From an uncultured Anaerolineales bacterium (lineage in GTDB: Bacteria > Chloroflexota > Anaerolineae > Anaerolineales > RBG-16-64-43): a stretch of 64,000 bases of DNA. The DNA is taken from positions 1,853-65,852 of the forward strand of contig CAYGXJ010000078.1 in assembly GCA_964353865.1 (NCBI GenBank). Reading direction: 5' to 3'. Made by a program: the position numbers and the translations under genes. The notes under the pieces are model-generated. The model was given only the letters and a program-made list of their open reading frames with translations, did no database searches and had not been told where the DNA came from. This document shows, piece after piece, positions 37,908 to 48,507 of the stretch (position 1 is its first letter; the number at the start of each line of letters is the position of its first letter).

Positions 37908-40394
37908 ATGATGATGACACGATCCGGAATAACACACAGGCAACCGAAGGTCCGGCGATGCCTGACGCGCGTCGCGCTGGCGACGGTTGCGGCAATGCTG
38001 CTGGTGGGATGCGGCGGCGTTCCCGGGATCGGTGGTGGTCCGGCACCCACGCGCTATCCCTTCCCCACCACCACCCCCGCGGCCCGCTTGCCAGTGACCT
38101 TCATCGTCACCGTGCCCGATGGCACGGGCTCGGATTCGCAGGTAGTGCTCAACCTGCTGGATGAAGTCACCAGCCTGGCGCTCAACTCGACGGTGATCGC
38201 GATGGAGGCGATCGGCGAGGGCAAGTGGGAGGCACGCGCAGATCTTCCTCGCGGGCGGCTTGTCTTCTACCGCTACTCGCTGCGCGGCGAGGGCGAAACG
38301 CTGGAGGCTGTGCCCAATGGCGAAGGCGTCGATTACCGCCTGTTCCTCGTGACCGGTGCGAATACCGTCGATGACCAGATTTCGCGGTGGCTGACCACAA
38401 CCTACACGCGACCCTCCGGCCGGGTGCACGGCCTGGTGCGCGACCAGGCCACCGGCCTGGCCATTCCCGGCCTGATGGTCTCGGTGGCGGGCATGCGCAC
38501 CTGGACCGATTCGGCAGGCGCCTACAAGTTCGATTCGGTGCCGGCCGGCAAGCATATGCTGGTCTACTTCGACCCGGACGGCAACTATCGCGTGTTCCAA
38601 CAAGAAGCCATCGTGGCCGACGGCGCGGAGACTCCGGCCGATGTCCAACTTGTGCCGGCACCGCGGGTGTCGGTGACCCTGCACGTCTACCTGCCGGCCG
38701 ATACGCCGGCCGGTGCGCCGGTGCGGTTGGTCGGCAACTTGCTTTCGCTGGGCAGCACCTTCCAGCCCGCGGCCGCAGGCTCGCTCATCGAACCCACACG
38801 CGCCCTCACGCTCACCCCGCTGCCGGATGGAACCTCGGTGGCGGTGGTCTCACTCCCGGTGGGGTACCACCTGCGCTACAAGTTCAGCCTGGGCGACGGT
38901 TTCTGGAACGCCGAGCGTGACGGCACGAGCGCACTGGTGGTGCGCGAGCTGGACGTGCCGCAGATGGACGTGCTACAAACCGACGGCGTGATTACCTGGC
39001 ATTCGGCAGGTGGTGCGGTGAGCTTCGACGCCAGCGTGCCCATCGGCACGCCGATGACGGAGAGCGTGTCGATGCAATTCGCGCCCTTCCCGGGCATCTG
39101 GATGAATCCGGTGCCGATGTGGAGCGCCGGGCCACAGCGCTGGAGTTACACTCTGTTCAACCCTCTCGAATGGCCGGGCCCGGTGGCTTACCGCTACTGC
39201 CGCAACGGCGACTGCGGCGTGGCCGACGATACGGCCACGGCCGGCGCCAACCCGGCGGGGCGGCAGTTCACGCCCTCGGCTCAACCCCAATCGCTGGCCG
39301 ACACGGTGCAAGCCTGGGTTGCCTGGAGCGATGCGCCCGCGCCGTCACTGGCACTCGCGGCACCGGCTGCGCGGCCGGACTTCCGCAGCGGCGTGGTATT
39401 GACCTCTGCGCCATGGCGCCGCCCGTTCGACCCGACCTTGGTAGATCTGGTGGGCCTGCGCCTCAACTCGCTCGTGATCAGCCCCGCGTGGTATGCGGCC
39501 GCGGTCACACCGCTGCCGGACCTTGTCTATCTGCCTGGATTGAACTCGCCGCTGCGTCAGGACCTCTTGGCGCAGATCGGTTCGGCGCGCTCGGCCGGCT
39601 TGCGCACCGTGCTGGCGCCGGACCTACTCCCGCTGAGTGGTTCGCTCGGCGATTGGTGGGCCGCAGCGCCGAAGAGCACCGAATGGTGGAATGCGTGGTT
39701 CACCGCCTACCGCACCTTCCTGGTAGGCTATGCCGATCTCGCGCAGCAAGCCGGCGTGGAAGAACTGATTGTGGCGCGCACATCGGTTGTCCCGGCTATG
39801 CCGGGCGCAGAGGGTGCCCCGGCGGATGCCGAGATCCGCTGGCGGGTTCTGATTCGCGATTTACGCAATCACTTTGGAGGGCGGATGGCCGTGGAGCTCT
39901 TGCTCACCGACCAACTGCAAATGCCGCCGCTCTTCCTGGACGAGGTGGATGAAATCTACGTTCAGGTGCGTACGCCGCTGGGCGCGAATGATGGCGCCAG
40001 CCTGGAGGATATGTCCGGCTCCGCCGAGGCGCTCTTGGATGGCAAGGTGGCCGTGTTGCGCGCGCTGGGCAAGCCGATTGTCATTAGCGCGGCCTACGCC
40101 TCAGCCAACGGCGGCGCCAGCGGCTGCCCGAACGACACCAGCGGCGCGTGTCTGGCGCTGGAGGCGTTGACCTCCGGCTCGCCACTGGCGCTTGCCATCG
40201 CCCCCAACCTGAACGTCCAAGCCAACGCCTATCAGGCGCTGCTGGCCAACGCGGCCGCACGGGATTGGGTGAGCGGGTTCGTCGCCTGGGGCTACTATCC
40301 GGCGGTGGGATTGCGCGACGCCTCGCCTTCGGTGCACGGCAAGCCGGCCGAGACCGTGCTGCAGGTTTACTTCCGGGCGCTCTCCGGCCGATAA
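37908..40394 (+). CDS. large multidomain lipoprotein (CarboxypepD_reg-like and CBM-like beta-sandwiches plus a C-terminal TIM-barrel-like putative glycoside hydrolase region)
   Basis: Lipobox LLVGCGG. GRVHGLVRDQATGLAIPGLMVSVAG...TDSAGAYKFDSVPAG is a carboxypeptidase-regulatory-like fold. Function uncertain. ATG 37908. Confidence 0.6.
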   Translation: MMMTRSGITHRQPKVRRCLTRVALATVAAMLLVGCGGVPGIGGGPAPTRYPFPTTTPAARLPVTFIVTVPDGTGSDSQVVLNLLDEVTSLALNSTVIAMEAIGEGKWEARADLPRGRLVFYRYSLRGEGETLEAVPNGEGVDYRLFLVTGANTVDDQISRWLTTTYTRPSGRVHGLVRDQATGLAIPGLMVSVAGMRTWTDSAGAYKFDSVPAGKHMLVYFDPDGNYRVFQQEAIVADGAETPADVQLVPAPRVSVTLHVYLPADTPAGAPVRLVGNLLSLGSTFQPAAAGSLIEPTRALTLTPLPDGTSVAVVSLPVGYHLRYKFSLGDGFWNAERDGTSALVVRELDVPQMDVLQTDGVITWHSAGGAVSFDASVPIGTPMTESVSMQFAPFPGIWMNPVPMWSAGPQRWSYTLFNPLEWPGPVAYRYCRNGDCGVADDTATAGANPAGRQFTPSAQPQSLADTVQAWVAWSDAPAPSLALAAPAARPDFRSGVVLTSAPWRRPFDPTLVDLVGLRLNSLVISPAWYAAAVTPLPDLVYLPGLNSPLRQDLLAQIGSARSAGLRTVLAPDLLPLSGSLGDWWAAAPKSTEWWNAWFTAYRTFLVGYADLAQQAGVEELIVARTSVVPAMPGAEGAPADAEIRWRVLIRDLRNHFGGRMAVELLLTDQLQMPPLFLDEVDEIYVQVRTPLGANDGASLEDMSGSAEALLDGKVAVLRALGKPIVISAAYASANGGASGCPNDTSGACLALEALTSGSPLALAIAPNLNVQANAYQALLANAAARDWVSGFVAWGYYPAVGLRDASPSVHGKPAETVLQVYFRALSGR

Positions 40395-40531
40395 GAGCTC
40401 GGCACGACGCAGGCGGGGAGAAGTGACGGACAGCCCGCTTCTTGCCCAACATCCCACGCGCACTAACGACCATGGCAGGTTGTCGCACACCTGCCACGGA
40501 GGCGTTCATCCTCGAACCGACCAGCCGGCCG

Positions 40532-40565
40532 CGGCCCGCACGAAGGGTGTGCGGCCGGTTTGCTT
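40532..40565 (+). terminator. possible terminator hairpin (CCGCAC-GAAGGGT-GTGCGG, extended with one bulge, then GGTTTGCTT)
   Basis: Read directly. Weak T-tract. Confidence 0.35.
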
Positions 40566-40628
40566 ACGCGGGAGCCGAGGCGCAGCACTCTCGCCGAGGC
40601 CTCCGGCCCGCGATGGGAGAGGCAGACC

Positions 40629-41645
40629 ATGGAGATACTTGCACAAGGGACGGGCGAGCTGATCGGCTGGCACGACCCGGACGACAACCGGCGCTGGGTG
40701 CTCGAGCACAAATCGCGCGAGCTGCGCGACAAGCGCATGAGCGTGACCCAGGCAGTGCGCGAATACGTCCACGATGGCGACTACCTGGCGATGGGCGGCT
40801 TCGGTCACATCCGCGTTGCCATGGCGGTGGTGTATGAGATCATCCGCCAGCGCCGCCAACACTTGGTGCTCGCGGGCAAGACAGCGGTGCACGACGCAGA
40901 CCTGCTCATCGGTTCGGGCTGTGTCGATCGCATCGAGGTCGCCTACGCTTTCGCCCAGGAACTGCGCGGCCTCTCGCCGGCAAGTCGCCGCGCGGTGGAG
41001 AGCGGCGCGTGCCGCGTGGTCGGTGAGATCTCCAATGCCGGGTATCAGTGGCGCTTCTTGGCCGGCATGCTGGGCGTCCCATTCATCCCCTCCCGCACCA
41101 TGCTCGGCTCCGACACGCTCACCCACAGTGCGTGCAAGGTGGCGCGCGACCCGTGGAGCGGCAAACCGGTCTGCCTGATCCCAGCCGCTTACCCGGACGT
41201 GGCCGTGTTCCACGTACCGCGCTGCGACATGTACGGCAACGCGCAGATCGACGGCATACTGATCATGGATTGGGAGCTGGCGCGCGCGGCACGGCGGGTC
41301 ATCATCACGACCGAAGAAATCGTCGCCCATGAGGTCATCCAGGAGCGGCCGTGGCTCACCGCCATTCCCTTCTATGTGGTGGATGCCGTGTGCGAGGCGC
41401 CCTTCGGGGCGCATCCGACCACCATGCCTTACCTGTACTACTTCGACGAGGAGCACATCGGCGAGTGGCTCGACCTGTCGAAGACGCCGGAAGGCACGCG
41501 CGACTATCTTGACAATTACGTTTACAGCATGCCCGACTACGCTGCCTACCTCGAGCACATCGGCGGCGCAACCAAGCGGGCCTACCTCGAGGATGTCGAG
41601 CATCTGCGGCAGCCATTGCGCGCGCCCTGGCTGCATAGGAAGTGA
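40629..41645 (+). CDS. CoA-transferase subunit A (glutaconate-CoA-transferase-like)
   Basis: VHDGDYLAMGGFG...LVLAGKTAVHD...; paired with the subunit B gene 8 nt downstream. ATG 40629. Confidence 0.8.
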   Translation: MEILAQGTGELIGWHDPDDNRRWVLEHKSRELRDKRMSVTQAVREYVHDGDYLAMGGFGHIRVAMAVVYEIIRQRRQHLVLAGKTAVHDADLLIGSGCVDRIEVAYAFAQELRGLSPASRRAVESGACRVVGEISNAGYQWRFLAGMLGVPFIPSRTMLGSDTLTHSACKVARDPWSGKPVCLIPAAYPDVAVFHVPRCDMYGNAQIDGILIMDWELARAARRVIITTEEIVAHEVIQERPWLTAIPFYVVDAVCEAPFGAHPTTMPYLYYFDEEHIGEWLDLSKTPEGTRDYLDNYVYSMPDYAAYLEHIGGATKRAYLEDVEHLRQPLRAPWLHRK

Positions 41646-41652
41646 GGCCGTC

Positions 41653-42429
41653 ATGACCGCACCCCAACCTGCATACACCGCGACGGAACTGATGGCCTGC
41701 GTGGCAGCGCGCACGCTGGAGGACCGGCGCACGGTGCTGGTGGGCACCGGGCTGCCAATGATCGGGGCCATCCTCGCCCAGCGCATGCATGCGCCGGGGC
41801 TGGTGATCATCTTCGAGGCGGGCGGGGTGGGCCCGCGCGTGCCCACCCTGCCGGTCTCGGTCGGTGATTCGCGGACCTTCTACCACGCTTCGGCTGCCTC
41901 CAGCATGCACAACGTGATGAGCGCTTGCCAGGCGGGCTACGTGGATTTCGGTTTCCTGGGCGGGGCGATGATGGACCGCTACGGCAACCTCAACACCACC
42001 GTCATCGGGCCGTGGGAGGCCCCCGAGGTTCGCCTGCCCGGCTCGGGGGGCGCCAATGACGTGGGCTCGCTGGCCCAGCGGACCATCATCATCCTCCGCC
42101 AGGATACCCGCCGCTTTGTGGAGCGGGTCAACTTCATCACCACGCCGGGGTACATCGACGGCCCAGGAGCGCGCGAACGGGCCGGGCTGCCGGCCGGGTC
42201 GGGGCCGTACCGCGTGCTCACGCAGCTTGCGGTCTTCGATTTCGATGAAACCTCCAAGCAACTGCGGCTGCGCGCGACGCACCCGGGCGTGTCGCTGGCC
42301 GATGTGCAGGCCGCGAGCGGGTTCAAGATCCAGGTGGCCGATACGCTGGAGGTCACCTCGCCGCCGACCGAGGAGGAGCGCCGTCTGCTGCATGAGATTG
42401 ACCCAGCGGGCATGGTCATCGGCAAGTAA
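41653..42429 (+). CDS. CoA-transferase subunit B
   Basis: VLVGTGLPM...IFEAGGVG...GGAMMDRYGNLNTTVIG...LPGSGGANDV. ATG 41653. Confidence 0.8.
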   Translation: MTAPQPAYTATELMACVAARTLEDRRTVLVGTGLPMIGAILAQRMHAPGLVIIFEAGGVGPRVPTLPVSVGDSRTFYHASAASSMHNVMSACQAGYVDFGFLGGAMMDRYGNLNTTVIGPWEAPEVRLPGSGGANDVGSLAQRTIIILRQDTRRFVERVNFITTPGYIDGPGARERAGLPAGSGPYRVLTQLAVFDFDETSKQLRLRATHPGVSLADVQAASGFKIQVADTLEVTSPPTEEERRLLHEIDPAGMVIGK

Positions 42430-42480
42430 CGCGAGAGGTCAACCGGCCGCGCTGCGCAGCAGGGCCGGTTTGTTGTCCGG

Positions 42481-44766
42481 GTGCGCAGGCTGGTACAATC
42501 CGCGCCTGTGAGGCCCATCATCGCCACGCTAGCGACCAATCGACGCGTGCGGCATCGCCTGCAACAGTTGGCGCTCGGCGTTGCGCTTCTGACGTCCGCC
42601 GGCGCGCTGGCCGCGTGCAACGGCGGTGTGCCGATCTTCAGCTCGGCCACGCCCAGCTTGCCTGCGCCGCAGGTGACGATCATCGCCGGCCAAGATCCCA
42701 ACGAGGTGGCCGGGCAGTTTCTGGCCGCGTGGAACGAGCGCGCCTTCGATCCCATGTATGCCCTGATTTCGGCCGCAAGTCGGAGCGCGATCAGCGCCGA
42801 GGACTTCGCTGCGCGCTACGAAGATTTCCGGCGCAAAGCGGCGATCACCCAGGTGCGCGCTGAAATCCTTGCCACGCAGGTCAACTCGCCCAACGCCGAT
42901 GTCAGCACGCGCATCAGCTACACCTCCGGCATGGCGGGCGAATTCTCGCGCGAGATGATCTTGCCGCTGGTGATGGAAGGCGATACCTGGCGCATCGTCT
43001 GGGATGACGGGTTGATCCTGCCGGAACTCAAAGGCGGCGGGCGGCTGGTCCTCGAAGCAGACATCCCTGCGCGCGGCACGATTTATGATCGCTATGGCGA
43101 CCCGCTGGCCTACGAATCCGAAACCCTGTCGCTGGGCATCGTCCCGGGCGAAATCGTCGATGAAGAAAGCCTGCTGCGCGAGCTCAGCCGGCTGCTCTTG
43201 ATGAATACCGAGACCATTCGCCTCAAATACGCCAACGCCCTGCCGGACTGGTATGTTCCTTTGGGGGAGGTCTCGCGCGAAGAAGTGGGCAAGCGCTATG
43301 GCGTGTTGAGCGGCATGGGCGGTATCCGCATCTCGAGCAACGAGGGCCGCACTTACTTTGGCGGCGGCATCGCCTCGCACGTGATCGGCTACGTGGCGCA
43401 GGTGCCCAAAGAGCAGCTCGACGATTACCTGGCGCAGGGATACCTGGGCGACGAACTGGTGGGCGTGCAGGGCCTCGAGCAGTGGGGTGAGTCCTCCCTG
43501 GCCGGGACGCACGGGGGCACGTTGTACGTGGTGGCTGCGGATGGGCGCGTGCTCTCCACCCTCGCGCAAAGGAACAGCCAGCCGGCCTACGATATCTACA
43601 CGACCCTCGACCGCGACCTGCAGGCCAAGGTCGAGCGCTATGCCTTCGGCCATCTCACCGGCGCGGCGGTCGTGCTCAACCGGGAAACGGGCGAAGTGCT
43701 GGCCATGGTCTCCAGCCCGGGCTTCGATTCAAACCTCTTCAACGGAGGCAACTTCAACAGCCAGTATCTTCTGCCCGAGCTTCTCAACGACCAGCGCGTG
43801 CCATTGCTCAACCGGGCCACCCAGGGACAGTATGCGCTGGGCTCGGTCTTCAAGCTCATCACCATTGGCGGCGCCCTCCAGTCGGGCGCCTATACCGCGG
43901 CTACCACCTACACCTGCGACGGCTACTTCCGCGAACTCCCGGGACTCACACTCGAGGACTGGACGGTGGCCAAGGACAAGCCGCCGCACGGGACGCTCAA
44001 CCTAGTGCAGGGATTGACACATTCGTGCAACCCCTTCTTCTGGCACATCGGGTTGGATCTCTTCAACCGCGACCCGTGGATCGTCCCTAACATGGCGCGC
44101 GGCTACGGGCTGGGCAAACTGACAGGCATCGGGGTCATCGAGGAAGAACCGGGGTTCATCCCGGACCCAGCCTGGAAGGCCGAACAAGGTGAGCCGTGGG
44201 TCGCGGGCGATGCGGTGAACATGGCCATCGGGCAAGTGCTGCAAGTTACGCCGCTGCAAGTGGCGGATTTCGCGGCCGCGCTGGGCAATGGCGGCACACT
44301 CTACCGGCCGCAGCTCGTGCAGTCGATCCAACAGGGCGAGCAGCCGCCCGTGTTCGCCTTTTCCCCTGAGGTGCGCGGCCAACTTCCGCTCAGCGCTGAA
44401 AACCTGGTGGTGATCCAAGAGGGCATGCGTGGTGTCACCAATGCCCCCGGAGGAACGGCGCGGGCCACTTTTTATGGTTGGCGGGCGGTGGCCGGCAAGA
44501 CGGGCACCGCGCAGGACCTGCCTCGCACGCCGCACGCCTGGTTCACGGGCTACACCTTCCTGGAGCGCTCCGACAAGCCCGACATCGCCATCGCCGTCAT
44601 CGCCGAGAACGCCGGCGAGGGGTCGGAGATCGCCGCACCCATCTTCCGCCGCATCCTCGAGATCTACTTCTACGGCTCGCCCCAGACGCTCTACCGGTGG
44701 GAATCAGCCGTTGGCGGCCCCACCGTGACTCCCACGCTTCCGGTCACCGAAACCCCGGGCGGATGA
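42481..44766 (+). CDS. penicillin-binding protein 2-type transpeptidase with NTF2-like N-terminal domain
   Basis: SVFK (SxxK), HSCN (SxN) and KTGTA motifs. N-terminal membrane anchor. GTG 42481 (start uncertain). Confidence 0.88.
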   Translation: MRRLVQSAPVRPIIATLATNRRVRHRLQQLALGVALLTSAGALAACNGGVPIFSSATPSLPAPQVTIIAGQDPNEVAGQFLAAWNERAFDPMYALISAASRSAISAEDFAARYEDFRRKAAITQVRAEILATQVNSPNADVSTRISYTSGMAGEFSREMILPLVMEGDTWRIVWDDGLILPELKGGGRLVLEADIPARGTIYDRYGDPLAYESETLSLGIVPGEIVDEESLLRELSRLLLMNTETIRLKYANALPDWYVPLGEVSREEVGKRYGVLSGMGGIRISSNEGRTYFGGGIASHVIGYVAQVPKEQLDDYLAQGYLGDELVGVQGLEQWGESSLAGTHGGTLYVVAADGRVLSTLAQRNSQPAYDIYTTLDRDLQAKVERYAFGHLTGAAVVLNRETGEVLAMVSSPGFDSNLFNGGNFNSQYLLPELLNDQRVPLLNRATQGQYALGSVFKLITIGGALQSGAYTAATTYTCDGYFRELPGLTLEDWTVAKDKPPHGTLNLVQGLTHSCNPFFWHIGLDLFNRDPWIVPNMARGYGLGKLTGIGVIEEEPGFIPDPAWKAEQGEPWVAGDAVNMAIGQVLQVTPLQVADFAAALGNGGTLYRPQLVQSIQQGEQPPVFAFSPEVRGQLPLSAENLVVIQEGMRGVTNAPGGTARATFYGWRAVAGKTGTAQDLPRTPHAWFTGYTFLERSDKPDIAIAVIAENAGEGSEIAAPIFRRILEIYFYGSPQTLYRWESAVGGPTVTPTLPVTETPGG

Positions 44767-44781
44767 ACGCGCCGCCTGCGC

Positions 44782-44820
44782 ATGCAACGGCCGCGGACTT
44801 CCCGCGGCCGTTGCATTTCG
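44782..44820 (+). terminator. terminator hairpin after PBP2 (15-bp perfect stem ATGCAACGGCCGCGG / CCGCGGCCGTTGCAT, loop ACTTC)
   Basis: Read directly. Short T-tract (TTTCG), partly inside the stem. Confidence 0.6.
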
Positions 44821-45143
44821 AGAAGCACACGCGTCGCTCGCTCATGCGCTTTCCCGGCCCCGACGTACTCGATGGCCCAGGGCGACTCGCGTCGGGCCAG
44901 CGCGCGGTGTATCATCCACGCACCACGGAGTGGCCCGGCGGGCGCGATGTCCTCGGGCCGGCATGCTGCGCCAGGCTCTCCCCGGGCCCGTGCGGCACGC
45001 CACCTGATGGAGGGATTTGACCCGGGCCCGTGCCCCGGCGCGCATCGGCCGCCCCATGACTCTGGCGCTCCACCGCTTTCTCGTTGCAGTCACTTCTGCC
45101 TCGGCCGGGCGCGGCCACCAATCATTTGCCTGTGGAGGGCGCC

Positions 45144-46295
45144 ATGGATTTCAATCTCACCGATGAACAACGCATGTGGCGCGAGTCCGTCCGCGAGTTC
45201 TGCGAACGGGAGGTCAAGCCGCGCGCGCGCCACGTGGACGAGACCGGCGAGTTCAACTGGGATGCGGCGCGCAAGATGGGGCCGCTCGGGCTCCTCGGCC
45301 TGAGCGCGCCCGAAGAGTACGGCGGAGCCGGCGTGGATGCGATCAGCGCGGCCATCGCCATTGAAGAACTGGGGCGTGCGTGCGGCAGCACCGCTCTCTC
45401 CATTGCCGCGCACAACGGGCTCGGGTGCGGTGCGCTGGCGCTCTTCGGATCGCCGGCCCAAAAGGAGAAGTGGCTGCGTCCGCTCGCGAGTGGAGCGGGG
45501 CGGCTGGCCTCGCTCGCGCTCACCGAGCCCGGCGCGGGTTCGGATCTTGGGGGCGGAGTGAAGACGCGCGCTCGACGTGACGGCCGGCAATGGGTCATTC
45601 AGGGCGCCAAGATGTGGGTCACCAACGCCAGCCTGGCGGATGTCATCGTGACCCTGGCGCGCACTGACCCTGCCGGCGGGACGCGCTCGATGAGCATGAT
45701 CATCGTGCCCACCGATGCGCCCGGGCTGACGATTGCCTCGCCGGAGAAGAAGATGGGTCTGCACGGCTCACCGACCCACGCCGTCACGTACGAAGAAGTC
45801 CGAGTGCCGCAGGAGAACTTGCTGGGCGAGGAAGGCCGCGGGTTGGCCCAGGCGCTGCAGGTACTCGACGGGGGACGTATCGGCATCGGCGCGCTGGCCG
45901 TGGGGTTGGCGCAGGCGGCGTTCGAGGCGGGGCGGGCGTATGCCAAGGAGCGCTATGCCTTCGGCCGCCCGATCGCTGAGTTCCAGGCCATTCAGTGGAT
46001 GCTGGCCGATGCGGCCACGGAGATCGAGGCCGCTCGCCTGATGGTCTATCGAGCGGCATGGCTCAAGCAGGGCGGCCAGCCTTTCGCGCTGCAGGCCGCC
46101 ATGGGCAAACTGATGGCCACGGAGGTCGCCGAGCGTGCTTGCCGCAATGCTATTCAGATCCATGGTGGCTACGGGTACTCGTCGGAGTATCCGGTCGAGC
46201 GCATCTATCGCGACGCGCGGTTGATGACCATCGGTGAGGGGACGAGCGAGGTGCAGCGCATGGTCATCGCCCGGCACATCCTGGCCGGTGCGTAG
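45144..46295 (+). CDS. acyl-CoA dehydrogenase
   Basis: MDFNLTDEQ..., LTEPGAGSD, GKLMATE..., QIHGGYGY, RIYRDARLMTIGEGTSEVQ. ATG 45144 with GGAGGG RBS. Confidence 0.92.
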   Translation: MDFNLTDEQRMWRESVREFCEREVKPRARHVDETGEFNWDAARKMGPLGLLGLSAPEEYGGAGVDAISAAIAIEELGRACGSTALSIAAHNGLGCGALALFGSPAQKEKWLRPLASGAGRLASLALTEPGAGSDLGGGVKTRARRDGRQWVIQGAKMWVTNASLADVIVTLARTDPAGGTRSMSMIIVPTDAPGLTIASPEKKMGLHGSPTHAVTYEEVRVPQENLLGEEGRGLAQALQVLDGGRIGIGALAVGLAQAAFEAGRAYAKERYAFGRPIAEFQAIQWMLADAATEIEAARLMVYRAAWLKQGGQPFALQAAMGKLMATEVAERACRNAIQIHGGYGYSSEYPVERIYRDARLMTIGEGTSEVQRMVIARHILAGA

Positions 46296-46316
46296 GATTG
46301 AACTTCCGGGAATCAG

Positions 46317-46354
46317 GAGGGGCTGTCTGGTCAGAGTGCGACGGACAGCCCCTC
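46317..46354 (+). terminator. hairpin after the acyl-CoA dehydrogenase gene (GAGGGGCTGTC-N16-GACAGCCCCTC)
   Basis: Perfect 11-bp stem, no clear T-tract. Confidence 0.4.
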
Positions 46355-46360
46355 TGCGAT

Positions 46361-46450
46361 TCGGAATCCATTGCTATCGAAGGTCGAGATTCCTCGGGCG
46401 CACCGCGACACCGGAATGACTCCGTGGCTGCTGACTGCATCGGAATGACA
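46361..46450 (-). repeat. Family-C elements in reverse orientation (full 35-nt unit 46386-46420 plus partial copies)
   Basis: Reverse complement of 46386-46420 is GTCATTCCGGTG-N11-CCGAGGAATCTC. Extra CGGAATGAC heads at 46441-46450 and 46361-46369. Confidence 0.8.
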
Positions 46451-46469
46451 GAGAGGCTGAGGAGCGGGC

Positions 46470-46556
46470 GAGGCTGCGCCGCATGCATCATTCGTGCGCG
46501 GGGATTCGGGCGAGTGCCGTCCGCGGGCGGTCAAGGCGTGCTATGCCCTCTTCCGC
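46470..46556 (-). repeat. Family-B interspersed element (reverse orientation)
   Basis: The reverse complement begins GAAGAGGGCATAGCACGCCTTGACCGCCCGCGG..., matching 59759-59800. Confidence 0.7.
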
Positions 46557-46570
46557 ATGATCGCGCGGCC

Positions 46571-47419
46571 TCAGGTCACGCCCTCGAACAAATCACGCTC
46601 GCGGCGTCCCGCCACAGGCGCAGGGACTGCGCGCATGTAGTGCTCGCTGGCACCCAGCCAGCGCTGGAGGAAAGCCAGCGGCCCCAACATCCGTCCACCG
46701 CCCTGGCTCGAATGGCAGGCGGAGGCTTCCTCTTTGACCTTCATGACTCGCCGGATCGATACGGAGGCGTGCACCGGAAAGTCCATTCCCGCGAACGAGG
46801 TCAAATCGATATCACCGTTCTTGCCGAAATGATGCGGGTCGCGGCCAAAGAGCGGCAGCACCCGCACGGCCAAGCGCAGGAAGCCGCGCCCGAAGGTGTG
46901 GAAGTACAGCTTCTGCGGTGCAAAGGCGGGCAGTCCCTCGAGCTCCAATGTATCGTCGCCGGCGATGCGAAATGCGGCGACCGTCGCGTTATGAATTGCG
47001 ATGTGATCGGGGTGCCGATATCCACCGATCGGGTCGAAAGTAAGGACAACCTGCGGACCGATGCGGCGGATGAGCGCTGCGACCTCGCGCGCCACCTTTT
47101 CGAGGGGCGCGGCAGCCAGCGCCTGTGGGTGGAGATTATCGGGCGAGCCGGGCATTCCCGAATCGCGATAACCCAGGAAGTGTACCTGGGTCAGGCCGAG
47201 CGTCTGGGCCGCACATCGCAGCTCCGATTTTCGCATCTCGCCGACCGAAGCAAAGCCTTTGAGGTCCGGGGGAGCCTCGCCCACCTCGCCGGCCGTGGCG
47301 CAGGCAAGATGCACCTCCACGCCCAAGAGCGCGTACAGGGCCAGGGTGCCCCCGGTGCCGAAGGTTTCGTCGTCCGGATGGGCCAGCACAGCCAACAACC
47401 GTTTCGGATTCGGCGTCAT
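46571..47419 (-). CDS. PIG-L/LmbE-family N-acetylglucosaminyl deacetylase
   Basis: LLAVLAHPDDETFGTGGTL and HPDH motifs. 282 aa. Confidence 0.85.
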   Translation of the reverse strand: MTPNPKRLLAVLAHPDDETFGTGGTLALYALLGVEVHLACATAGEVGEAPPDLKGFASVGEMRKSELRCAAQTLGLTQVHFLGYRDSGMPGSPDNLHPQALAAAPLEKVAREVAALIRRIGPQVVLTFDPIGGYRHPDHIAIHNATVAAFRIAGDDTLELEGLPAFAPQKLYFHTFGRGFLRLAVRVLPLFGRDPHHFGKNGDIDLTSFAGMDFPVHASVSIRRVMKVKEEASACHSSQGGGRMLGPLAFLQRWLGASEHYMRAVPAPVAGRRERDLFEGVT

Positions 47420-47579
47420 AGTTCCTCATTCCCTTGCTCACCGGTCTTACTTGCCGCGGGACATGGCGCATTGCGAGGCATGGGCCTCGCGGCATTCTAC
47501 CGCGCCCCTGGTCCTCTACAAAGAGCGGCCCACCCAGGGTGTCGGTGGGCGCGTGGAATGACGAGCCGGCGTGCGGGGA

Positions 47580-48482
47580 TCACGCGAAGCGGGTGAGGCC
47601 GGCGGCTTCGGCGGCCGACCGTGCCCGCGCATACTCTTCCTGGGTCAGCGGGCGGCTGATGTCGGCGTGCTGGCCCGCATGATAGTCCGGGCGGTATTGG
47701 TCCATCAGGTTAAGATACGTCGCGCGGGAGATCGAGCGCGCGAGAAAGCGTGCGATCTGAGAAGTTCCCGCCAGGTTGTTGGGCAGGACGAGATGCCGAA
47801 CCAGCAGCCCGCGCACGGCCAGACCCTCCTGATCCAGCACCAAATCCCCAACCTGGCGATGCATCTCTTTCACCGCGCCCCGATTGACGGCCGGATAATC
47901 GGCGGCGTGCGAGTAAGCCAGCCCTACCCGCGCGTCGGAATACTTCATATCCGGCATGTAGATATCAATCACCCCGTCGAGCAGGTGCAGCGCCTCGAGG
48001 CAATCGTATCCGCCACTGTTGTAGACCAACGGGACGCGCAGCCCCTGGTGCGCGGCCAGGTGCACGGCTTCCAGTATCTGCGCCACCACGTGACTCGGCG
48101 AGACCAGGTTGATATTGTGGCACCCGAGTTCCTGCATGTGAAGCATCATCGCGGCCAGCTCGCCGGCATCGACCTCCGGCGCATCGGGGCTCTGGCTGAT
48201 GGTGTGGTTCTGGCAGAACTGACAGCGCAGGTTGCAGCCCGAGAAGAATATCGTGCCTGAGCCGTTGCGCCCGGTGAGCGGGGCCTCTTCTCCGAAGTGG
48301 GGGTGGAAGGATGCCACGCGCGCCCAGCGCCCGATGCGGCAGGTGCCGGCGTGGGTTGTGCGGTTCACCCGGCAGCGGCGCGGGCACAGGTCGCAGGAGG
48401 TGAGACAGCCGGCCGCCTCTCGGGCGCGCACGGCCAGTTCACCAGAGCGATGCAGAATGAGATAGGCGGGGAATGCGGTCAT
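47580..48482 (-). CDS. PflX-like (COG1313-type) radical SAM protein, intact cluster motif
   Basis: GCNLRCQFCQN (CX3CX2C) plus an N-terminal CDLCPRRC-x10-C motif. ATG 48482. Confidence 0.85.
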   Translation of the reverse strand: MTAFPAYLILHRSGELAVRAREAAGCLTSCDLCPRRCRVNRTTHAGTCRIGRWARVASFHPHFGEEAPLTGRNGSGTIFFSGCNLRCQFCQNHTISQSPDAPEVDAGELAAMMLHMQELGCHNINLVSPSHVVAQILEAVHLAAHQGLRVPLVYNSGGYDCLEALHLLDGVIDIYMPDMKYSDARVGLAYSHAADYPAVNRGAVKEMHRQVGDLVLDQEGLAVRGLLVRHLVLPNNLAGTSQIARFLARSISRATYLNLMDQYRPDYHAGQHADISRPLTQEEYARARSAAEAAGLTRFA

Positions 48483-48507
48483 GGACGGGCGCCGCCCGGC
48501 GCGCCGC